DNA of 64,000 nt. Origin: Tubiluchus corallicola. Lineage: Eukaryota > Animalia > Priapulida. Both the position numbers and the translations under genes were made by a program. Below, in pieces: positions 12,991-24,065 of this stretch (position 1 is the stretch's first letter; each line of letters opens with the position of its first letter). Where the stretch lies: positions 310,001 to 374,000 of the forward strand of contig JAQGDQ010000081.1 in the NCBI GenBank assembly GCA_030141605.1, written 5' to 3'. The notes beneath the pieces were generated by a model that had not been told where the DNA came from, did no database searches, and was given only the letters and a program-made list of their open reading frames with translations.

Positions 12991-15884
12991 TAGCAAAAGA
13001 TCGCGAATAAAATTAGAATATTTCCCATTGTTTGTATTGTCTCATTTTGATATTCGTATTAGTTTCTCTAGTATCTGTAAGGTCTCTGGCTGTATAGCTT
13101 AAATTTCCAGCCCGTGATGGAATACAAGTTTACGTTCAAAAGGGAGTAGCTTTATTGGGCATAAGACTTTTAAAGGTTAATTATACTCGTGTTTGGAGCC
13201 AAGCGTATAATTACCGTGTGCGCTCACTTTTGTGTGAATTTTTCGGTCGAATAAACTGAAAAATTGTCACAGTGACGATTAGCAGTTCCCATGGATGTTG
13301 GTGGACCATGTCAAATCAAGTCAGCAAACCAATGTAGCGTCCATGCGTGCTTTTTCTTTTTTTTATCTTTCTTCGAAAACTCGTCCCGTCCTGCCCCTAC
13401 CCCTCCTCTCTTTACTTTTTCAATATTAGGGCAGGCAACCGTACGTTTTCATTGCTTCTCATTCTACGCTTTTACCTTTAACTTTAGAATCTTAAGACAT
13501 TTTTCGTTTTCATCGACGATTGACCAGAAATGGCAGGAGAGCAAAATGGTAATATTTCATAAGGGTGAAAACCAATTTCATTTCGAAGTATTGTTTGTAT
13601 TAAAGTATTTTTCCACGTCATTTTCGCATAGTCAGGCTAATCATCCAATGCATCCACAATTAGCCGCAAGAATGAAAATGTGAAAAGTCTTAACCGAGCC
13701 TAGACTTGAACCAAGGCCTTTTGATTTTTTAATGGTTGAATTTGCAATCCTAAGAATCCAGGTTCAACCCTGACTTTTTCACAATTCTTTCGGTTCGGTT
13801 TTAAAAAGTCAATATTTGGTGGGTGTACTGCATCGTTTACCAAGTCAATAATCACGAAATTAAGATCACAAATAATTACGTAGTCGTGGTAGTTTTGTTT
13901 TTGTAGACTACGTTGCATACTACACAGAACAGATAAATTGTATACAGTTAGGTCATCCAAGTTCACACGCAGCTTCCAGCTTTGGTTTATACTTATGTCA
14001 GCGCACTTTAGATATTAAACTCTTAAGAGAACGCCAACCTCACCCCACAGATCGCTTTCAACTAATGTATCTACTCCCCTGACTGAAGCATGTATGGATT
14101 TTAACTCAGCCTTATCTTTGAGTACTTATAAGTGCTTCCCATAATCAATAACTCTCTCTGTGTTTGCCGCGTCTGCCGCTCTTGTCTGAGCGCCGAAGGA
14201 GGCTAAACGGAGACTTAGTTTTGCAATTTTCTCCAAACTTATCATCAAATTGTCAAAGCAAATGAATATGGTTATTCAGGAAGATTAGATGAATTAAAAC
14301 GATTGCCGTTGCCGACTTCGTGGCTGAAATTGGGAAACAGCACCTTTCGTCATTTAAAAAATGCAGTCTGGTTCAGCACATTTTAGGCCTTTCCTCACGT
14401 ACAGTTTGGCTATTATAACACATACCGTTATTTAAAAAATGCAGGGTTTGCCCCACTGTGCAAGCATAAAAAATTAGTCATTTTTATTTTATGACGGCAG
14501 GGGCGTACGGTTTTTTGTATCTCGAACAACTAAATCAAATTGTGAGTTTGTGAATTCTGTTGCAGGTCTACCATTAGTGTTACATGCTTGTGGGTGGAAC
14601 GGGATCTAGCTAATTATCATACAAATGTCATGTGAGATACTGAATCGTGAGCTTAGCAATATTGTGACGTGTATAAATCTACGGTAGCAATACCCAGAGG
14701 CGGTATGGTAGAAGAAACTACTACGGGCATTTTTTTCTTATCCTACCCATCCTTTTACAAATCTAATTCCGTGTACTTTTCGAGCCAAGCATTTGCCTTT
14801 GTATGTATCATCTTTGTATAAATAATTTATTATTGACAGTCACTTAATCTATACTATGCGTTAATTTAGAAAAGTCTGTAAAAAGCCAAGAAGAAAATAT
14901 CTTTAAAATTCAGTATCAATTCGTATGTGAATCACAAGAACATTCTTAGTGCGCATGAAGCTCCGTTGTTGCCACCTGCATTTTTCATGCGCCATGTGAG
15001 CACAGTGTGAATGCGACTAAATGATGACTATATAAATGTCGATTCTGCGTCGTCTGGGAATCCTGTTGCAATTTCTCGTCCAGTTATAACCAGGACTTTA
15101 CTAATCCCTTCCTGTCAACTGCAGCTGCATGCACAGTCCTGCACCAAGAATGAAGCCATGTTCCTTAACTGTGCAACTCCAACAGTACATTATTCGATCA
15201 GAACAACGGAAACGCGAGAATGATTTATTTATTCCTGCTTCTGGACGGCCTGACATCGCAGAAAATCCTCAAGAAATTCTGGTCGCAAGCTGAGAAAATT
15301 CCTCAATAAAATTTCCATAATTGTTTGTAGAAGAATATCACATGATAAATGAGAATAGTTGAAAACATTTCCGTTTTCGTCTGCTATCATTTATATCCCT
15401 GCCGACATAGTGTTGCCAAGTTCCACCGTCGTCATCATCATTTGACATTATCTTACGGACGCTACCGCCTGGTCAACCTTCCCAACAATGACCAATCGAG
15501 CGCTATATTTTCAGACTCATTTTCTTATAACAAATTACTATAATTTAAGCTCGAAAAGCGTTCTGTTTTTGTGGCTACATAAGTGGAAGTGACCCTCAAG
15601 GTTGGAAAGTTTACTCAGCTGTTTAAGATGTAGATGTGCTATTACACGCGTTGTTCACTTCTGTGGTGCTTTCGTGCCCCAAACAATGCCCAATATGTGT
15701 CGCAATTTGTATTTTAATGCAATGCTCTAGCTGCTGCACTTGAAAATGCAGGCAGATATGACCACTTAGTCACGGTGTAAGGGTATTGCGAGCAGGAGCC
15801 CTCGTTTTGCAATATACATAGATAACTGAAATTAATGTTGCTGTTATCTCAAGTTAATTCAACGAGAATGGAAGCATTGACAGG

Positions 15885-15928
15885 AGAGTGAGAGAGAGAG
15901 AGCGAGAGAGAGCGAAACCGAGAGCGAG

Positions 15929-16025
<97 letters not shown>

Positions 16026-16066
16026 AAGTGAAGAGAGAAGTGGAAGCGGGCGTATCAATTGAGCAT
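15885..16066. repeat. (GA)n microsatellite with a conserved 28-bp flank
   Basis: Long GA run. The flank 16039-16066 'agtggaagcgggcgtatcaattgagcat' matches 47964-47991 at 26/28 positions. Confidence 0.9.
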
Positions 16067-16599
16067 GCCAAAAATCGATATTGTTGTTGAAAATTGATAA
16101 TTTCATTAGGCGGACCTTTGTTTTTTTTAAACTGGCCGATGTTTCTGTGGTAAGTAAGAATGTGAATGCGGAAGATGTGGCCTTTGGGAATATGACTTCC
16201 AAATAAAATTAGCTTGTCAACATCATGTGATGCTGTAGCGATCAATGAAGATGCAAGGTCACCCGGCTAATATGACCCGTAATATGATAATGATATTCAC
16301 GACGTTCCTGCATTTACTGTGAATCCATGGTCGCAATATTGCCGCTTCGTGTAATCCAGTCACAGCTACTCGATAAATTAATTATTGTCCAGCAGTCTTG
16401 TGCATTATAAAGAAGCTCTGCTGCAGCACAATGGTAGTGAGCACTCACTGCGTTATAGGCTCCACATTTTACTTCAGACGTACTCACATTGCCCAGTCAA
16501 TTTAACAAATTTCAAATCATTTGACTCTATGTATTTTGCAAGTACTCATTGCTCAATCGATGGTTGCAGTACCGTTGCTCCTGCTAGTGTTGATGCTAA

Positions 16600-16740
16600 C
16601 GATGACGACGGTTAAGGTAACCGTAATGACAATAACGATGGTGATCACGACAACAATATTCAATGCGACAATGACGACGACGACGACTACTACTACTACG
16701 ACGATGATGCTGATGATGGTTATGACGCTAAAGATGATAG
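16600..16740. repeat. Degenerate trinucleotide tract (GAC/GAT/TAC)
   Basis: Direct inspection. Confidence 0.8.
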
Positions 16741-18236
16741 TGAATTCATAATACAGTAACGATGTTGTTGCTTGATGACAAGGATTCAACTGCGGTAGAG
16801 CTAATACAGCCGAATCACCAGGAAAATACTAATTAGCAAAACAAAAATATTGAGAATTTTGGTAGAGCTGTTTGTCCATCAAAAAAATTAATGTCTACTG
16901 AGAGTGCAGTATTTTGGCATGTACATGCAATTATACGCTGCTTTTTTTTGTCTTGCAGTGACAGTCGTGAGTGTAACTTTAGAAACTTGTAAAATATAAA
17001 TACAATAAAAATGCAAATCAATGCAACATGTATACTACCATATATGTTGCTTTATGAACCAATCCTTTAATATCTGGTTTAATATAGTTTTACATTCTTT
17101 TTGTACACAAATTCAGCAGCACAATTCGACATTCTGCAAGCTAGAATTCGTCATTCAACGGCAGGGGTTGTTTAAGTGTAGTTTGCTGTGGCACTATCAG
17201 AATCTCATTATTAAATGTAATCCTCTAAGATGAGATATTCAACTAGCAAAAATGTCTCGACCTGCCTAGCTCTCACATACGTACACACTTTCCCTCAAAT
17301 GAAAAATGTTGTGATATATGTGCATTTCTTTTTGCTGATTTACTGTCGCATTTTGTCACCTGCATCACGATGTTATGGCTTCCTGGTGCAATGCTGCAGA
17401 AATAATGGTTTCGTGCAGCTGCGTGCATTTCTTCAATCGATGCACTTTTCCGCCGTTTATTCAACTTGAAACAGCATTTATAGATTTCCTTATTTTTGAA
17501 AGCATTTTGCGCGCCTGCATGAGTTTAATTATGTATGTTTTCATTCGGATTCTGAGCGCTTGCGTTTTTGTTCTCGTAATGTTAATGCTTTTATCCCGAT
17601 AGGAGGTACCGTATTTGCTCACGCTAGCCGCGCTTAAAGCCCATACTGAAATCCGAGATCCTAATGCTTGGTCCCTGCGTACCATTAATTTTTTGTTAAA
17701 AAACGTCAAATACCGGAATTTTACAACAGAGCAGGAGAAAACAAAAAACTAACCACAAAGTAGCATTTTGCCCATCTCCGCAGAAAGTCCCAATATTAAT
17801 AATTATTCAAAAACGTTAAATTATGTGAATAGACAAAACAACGAAAGCAAATTTGCTGTAACAAAAAGGAACGAAAAAGGATATCAATGTTAAAGAAACT
17901 GAATTCATTTCCCTAACACGTCTATCATTTATAACATATTGATCAGCTTGGTCCAATTTACAAAACCTTCCTTCCCGAATACCTGGTTAAACTACTCAAA
18001 AGATCTTTAAATATAACAACTACAAAAAACTACCTTTCACGACATGCTTTTAGTCAGTCGCTCAGCGGGTACTGCCTTGTTTGTGTCCTGGGCAGCCATC
18101 ACATTGGCTGGGCGTGACTTTCATTGCGTGTTTCACTGCTTGTTACCAAGTCTTGTTTCTTTACGCGCTGGTGCAATCTTTTTGGATTGTGAATCCAAAC
18201 CACGGGTTAGGAGCTAAAACCATGAGAAGTCTGAAT

Positions 18237-18440
18237 GTCTTCGTCATATGCCCGATACGTCAACTGTAGACATTGGGTAGACAAAATTCTAAAATAAAAG
18301 AAATCCCTTCTCAAGACAGGTGAACACAGCAGTTATCCAGCAAAAATGGAAACGAAAGTGGTGCTGACAAGTCACTGGCATAGCAGTGTCTAGTTGTTCC
18401 TGGATTACTACTTTGTTTACATGTTTTGAGGGCGGAGATT
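18237..18440. mobile_element. ~204-bp insertion with 5-bp direct repeat (TGAAT) inside the A segment of U2
   Basis: The paralogous U1 sequence is contiguous here ('aagtc ttaat aaagcg'). U2 has 'aagtc TGAAT [insert] TGAAT aaggcg', with TGAAT at 18232-18236 and 18441-18445. Confidence 0.7.
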
Positions 18441-20949
18441 TGAATAAGGCGATTCGAAGTTTGCTGGAAGGAAAGAACCAACTTTGTTACAGATTTGTGC
18501 TGGACACTGTAAACATTTTCATCGCCTCTGCAAGCTTTTAAGTCTCAGAAAATTTCAACAAAGCTGTTTTCATGCAGCAAAATGTATTTATTTGTTTGTG
18601 CGAAGCTGTTTGAGTTTCGAATTTCAAAAGATGCCTAGTGTAGGCCTATAACACCAACTGAAAACTGCAATGAAAATAAACTTTGTTTTACACATTATCT
18701 GTACCCGTTACTTATAAAATGTAGATAGCATAGGAATAATAATGTACGAATATACGAATTAATTGAGAGTAAAACATAGGAATAATGTAAGATATAGATT
18801 ATATCTTATATAAAATAAGATATAAACTATTTATAAGATATAGATAACGCACACTAAATGCCAGTAGCGAACAGGCGTTACAGGTGATCCATAGACCTCT
18901 AGCCTTAAGCATTGGATATGGATATGGATTAATACAGGCGTAAATTGCAGCGTCCTTTCTTAGTATCGCACAGTAGGCACAATTAAAAAGAGCAAAAGCA
19001 GTAATCATAAAAAATCTAGATTACCATTTTCGTTTTTCGATTCGGTGTTAATACCCCACAGACGGAACCGCGGACAAAAGGCGAATATTGGACATTCTCG
19101 ATCGTACAGAAATCCCGAATTCAGACTTCAAAACACATAAACATACACGTTATTTCATACACGGAAATCCACTTTTCCTCCTACATATTTCTGCCACAGA
19201 AATTCGTATTTTGTCAGAAAGTAGACATTTCAGTGTGTTATTCTTCCCCTTTCTTTGTCATTTCACAGCTGCGTTAGCGATTTTTCTTGTTTTCCTTTCA
19301 AAACATTTTGGTCGAATCTGCCGCTGGGCACATTTTAAAGACAATCCCCTGTTTTTCTGCTCTCGATTTGAATGTGTTGTTTATGGAGGGAGATGTTGAC
19401 TTAGCTTGGCGTATCGCCATTATAATCGAGCGGTAACTCCTGCTTCTGAACTTTGGCAAGCAGTTTAAAGACGTTCAGGCTGTAGACTTAGAGAGACCCC
19501 CGGTGAGACACAAGCTCGTTGGAAAGAGATTAGCAAATGGGCCAAAGAGATTTTTTGTTCAAATGTTTTCACACAAAGCTTGTGAACAGAGTAATTCGCT
19601 TGTCAGATAATTTTTTAAAAAGCGGTTGTGATGACTTGTTAGAGTCTGAACGCAGATTATCACCGCCTGTGATCTTTTCGCAACAGCAAACAACGTGCTT
19701 TTCGATTAAACGTTTAGCTGCTTGTTTTGTCTTTTTGATGACAACGGTGATGATTATGGTAATGATCAGTATGATCATGATGATGAGGACGACGATGTTG
19801 CTGCTGCTGCTGGTGATGATGTTGACGATGATGACGACGACAAAGCAGGCTTTTTATGCAGTTAATAATAGTAGCACCTTTTGGAAAAATTACATTTTCG
19901 AGAGTTTTACTACCATAGTGGAGTTAGTCATACAGACAAAATATTTATGGTGAACTAAGTACTGTAGCAATTGAGTTTATAATAACCTGTTTCTTGTAAT
20001 TGATTTGATTATTGTTTTGATTTGGTTGTCCAAGGAAAACATGTTGTTTATTTCCTCTACATAGCCATGTTGTAGTTAATATGCTTAATATTAGATAAAT
20101 GCAAAAGTAACGTTAGTATCTTAAATGTATATAAACTACCATTTTTTCAGGTGCCTCTATCTTGCGATCGCGAGTGGTTAGAAAAATCTTTGTCGGTTTT
20201 GAATAATTGACTGCTGTTTACCTCAAAGGTAAGAGTCTGAACTTTGCTGACATACTATGTTTCTTGATTGCTCATGCGGCTAGAATAAATTGGTATGGAA
20301 TGTTTATTTGGTCATCTGTCTTAGGCGTTTTTAAGCGTAAATATCATGGTCACGGCCATTTCTTATTTCTCGAATCTTGTTGTCAGCTTGAATTACTTCA
20401 CCACTGAACTAAAACTAGTTTGAATTGATACGATTTTTAGATTCTATTAATAATAGTAGTTAAATGTTGTGGCTAATGGTGTAATTAACCCGCGATATTT
20501 AATTCTCAGTTAAAGATTTTTCACAAGCATGCACATGTTTCTTCCTCATTTTTGAAAAAGCTTATCAATGGATCTTCAAATGTAGCAATAAGAGTTTCTT
20601 AAGGAATTTTCAAACGTGATAAAGGGCAAAAATGTTTAGCCAGGTATTCGGCTTTAGCTGGTGATTAACTGGAGTAACAGATGATCTCTGTCTGGTTCAG
20701 GATCAATGTGATTTTTCGTCAACATTAGAACCAGGTACTCAAGAACAGTAACTCAAAAGCTGTAATGGAAACGGAAAAGCTTTTTGAAAAGGAAATTCGT
20801 AAAAATTTTCAGTAATATAGATCATTTTCGAATAAAAAAGGCTAACAAATGGCAAGCTTAAATGGTAAAAGTTACTACTTTCTGTATAGTGTGAGCAACA
20901 GTAGCTACTACATATCATGATCATCAGCCAGCATTACCTCTACCGCCAA

Positions 20950-20978
20950 CATCATCATCATCATCATCATCATCATCC

Positions 20979-21019
<41 letters not shown>

Positions 21020-21250
21020 GTCGTCGTCGTCACATCATCTTCATCATCACCTACATCATTGTCGTTGTCATCATCATTATTGTCATCATCATCATCGTCG
21101 TCATCATCATCATCGTCATCATCATCGTCGTCGTCGTCATCATCATCATCGTCATCATCATCATCATAATCATCACCAGCAGCAGCAGCAACAGCAACAA
21201 CAACAGCAGCAGCATCAGCATCAGCAACAACTGAATCTACATCAGCATTA

Positions 21251-21281
<31 letters not shown>

Positions 21282-21294
21282 TTCATCTTCAGTC

Positions 21295-21352
<58 letters not shown>

Positions 21353-21420
21353 CCATCACCATCATCACCATCATCGCCATCTTCATCTCCATCATCGTCG
21401 TCATCGTCATCGTCATCATC
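20950..21420. repeat. Compound (CAT/CGT/CAG/CAA)n microsatellite
   Basis: Direct inspection; it is the source of the poly-H/I/M ORFs. Confidence 0.95.
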
Positions 21421-23915
21421 ATAATTATCTTCTGCAACCTGATAATATCTTTTCATGCACTTTTTTTAGTTATGTGCGTTTCAGCTCTTCTCGGTGTTTA
21501 ACAAGGTATATTCTGCAATTAATAGCTTTATAGAAATTCTGTTTGCTTCAACATGGAAACACAAATAAAATAATATACAGTGAATTAAGTTGTGATGATC
21601 TGAAAGTTCCAGTGCCCAATGCTCCTCATGAGTGTTACTTGTCTTTATTCTCCTTTCAAAGAAACCATTCGCGAGTAATGAATGAACTATTAGTGGTTTA
21701 TTACAATTTAGGCATTCTCTTGGAATTTAGTAGCAAATCACTGTCTGTTGTTTTTGTGGTTTATGGCGTAAATTTCATGCAAAATTTGCGAAGTATGGCT
21801 TATGAAGTTGGCGACTCTCGAATAACTCCGCTGATTAGAATAGTTAGTGACTGTCGCCAACCAAACAGAATTGCTAGGAACTTACATAGTGAAGTCGCTT
21901 ATGACGTGTTTAAATACGTCACATAAACCGACGCTGGCTGATTGGATCACTTTGCGTCAACGATTGTATTATTTAACCTACACCAGGAGCCAAAGTCCAA
22001 CCCTTAATCTTGGACACTGGTCACTGGTTTAAAACTAGGCTCACTCCATTTGCCTATTTAGCAAAAGAAATAGAGATCTTTAGTGCCAACAAAAGTTTCG
22101 ATACTTTAAGCTTACAACATTAAAGGCGATGCAAAACTCTCGCTGGTCGCGTTTAAGGTCGGCAAGAAGACCTTAGATGACGTAGAACATGTAATTAGTT
22201 AGATAACTAGATGTTAAATTTTCGACCTAGTCTCATTAATAAGTACACTTAACGGTTTTTTCCCATCTGGAAAAAATTATCTAGTGTTGATTCGTTTAGG
22301 ATAAGCATCTGTCTGTAGGAGTTTAAAAAGCATTTGAACTTTTGCTATTCAAATTCGTTGGTTTAACTGCCCTCTGTAATCAGCTATTTAGCACATTTTG
22401 TGGCTGGGCGTTATGGCTTTGCCACGTGTACAACGCTGTGGCAACGTGGTGCGAATCGAGCTCCGTTTTTCCACGCTGCCCATAAAATTTTACTCACTTT
22501 TGTGTGAATTCAGTTCGCAGTTTGTTTACTAAGCTGTCCCGACAAAGAAAGGGGTTTAATCGAGGGAAGTCGGTTTCCAGTTGAGAAGGTAACCACAATG
22601 GGTGACTGTAATCGCTTGGGTACTAAAATTTAAATTTTTAATGATTCTTTGAGGTTTCAAAGAGTGGTGGCGTTGTTGATGAAGATCTTCGACATAGTGT
22701 TAAGAAAGACTACACGTATTTGGTACAGGAAAGAGCCACTCCGTCAAAGCAGCAAAGACAAAGCAAATGTGCGTAGTTGGTGTAACACGATAACGAATAT
22801 ATTTTTGAAAGAAATTTTCTTTTTCACGTGTTATCAAAACAACAACAGATGCAGAAAGTTGCGAGCCGGTTTTCGTTTGTGTCAAAACAAAAACGAAAAT
22901 AAAGAACAAAGAAATGTTGACGTCATTTTGATAACCATAAAAAGTTAAAAATTTTGGGATTATAAGCAGTATGTTAGGTCTAATCTCATGTTAAGACCTA
23001 GAGCTAGATTCACTTCTTGCAATGCAAATAACTAAGTTTATGCAGACCTAAGTTTCTCTAAATTAGTGTATGAGTGAAGCCCGTTGAAAAATATTTTATA
23101 TTTATGGGGCTTTTTTGTACATCTGTATCTGTATTTGATTTGTTGATTGATTGTACTAAAGCCTTAATTAATTATGATTTATTGGTTACTTGTCGCACAC
23201 AGTTATCACACTTGGTGCTTTAAACAGCCATGTTTGTCCAAATGACCAAATATTTTGTTTCAAAAATATGATTCAAGCTTTTTTTGTCAGTAAGCATTAC
23301 CTTAGAAACTGAGTTATATCTTTCAAAGGATATCTGTCTAAGTAGTTTTGAGTATCAATATTTTAATTTTTATGTATTGCCGTATGAGGTGACGAATAAA
23401 TCAAACAACGTTCAAATAAATTCAAATAAAAAATACCATTGGTGTGCAAGTTTTTGCTTCTTAAAGAAAAATTTCGACTCTTTCGGAATTCAGACACGTT
23501 TTCAGACTATTTGTACCCGGTTTTTTTCTTGGGTGGGCTTAAAAGGCGGTCTCCTCCAGCTACATAGAATCTCAAGAAAATACGCCGAATAGACCCTTCA
23601 GTTGTTTGGAGACGGTTGTAAAAACATGCAACAAAGTACCTACATGAATGAGGCATTTCACAAAAGCAAATGCAGTGACTGCCTGCGTTCAGCCGTATTT
23701 ACCTGTAGAGCTGTTAAATTATCGCCTAGTGCGCAAGTATTAATAATACACAGCACTTATTGTAAAAAGGCCAATTCATGCAGCTGTTTTGAACGTGGGA
23801 GTTTGGGTGGAGTGGATTACTTGAATTGTTTGTGTCAGCAAGTATTGCCAGTTGAAAATTCTGTAAGCTTTAAGTCTTCCTCTTTTTACCTGCACAAGTT
23901 GCAGAGGCTTTTCCG

Positions 23916-23946
<31 letters not shown>

Positions 23947-24065
23947 AGCACCACCACCACCACCACCTTCACCATCACCACCACCACCATCATCATCGTC
24001 GTCGTCGTCGTCATCGTCATCATCGTCGTCATCGTCATCATCATCATCATCGTCAGCATCATCAT
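23916..24065. repeat. Compound (CAT/CAG/CAC/CGT)n microsatellite
   Basis: Direct inspection. Confidence 0.95.

Larger units (their letters stand above)
13700..19030 (-). pseudogene. Array unit U2: decayed gene for an uncharacterised secreted Cys-containing protein
   Basis: Signal-like 'MITAFALFNCAYCAILRK' (from 19008). A: 'CPAQICNKVGSFLPANFESPYS/DFSWF-LAPNPWFGFTIQKDCTSA*RNKTW*QAVKHAMKVTPSQCDGCPGHKQGSTR' ending AAG|gtagtt at 18034. B: 'KCTQLHETIISAALH' (~17390-17435). C-like: 'VQKECKTILNQILKDW' (~17060-17105). D: '[26 protein letters not shown]' (~16150-16230). F: 'YNLSVLCSMQRSLQKQNYHDYVIICDLN' (~13860-13945). Confidence 0.8.

Noticed and set aside
20151-20228. Plus-strand exon-like segment with good acceptor and donor sites
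   Set aside because: It contains stops in the frames I read, has no partner exons, and the same DNA reads as the E segment of U3 (NYSKPTKIF) on the minus strand. An antisense non-coding exon cannot be excluded.
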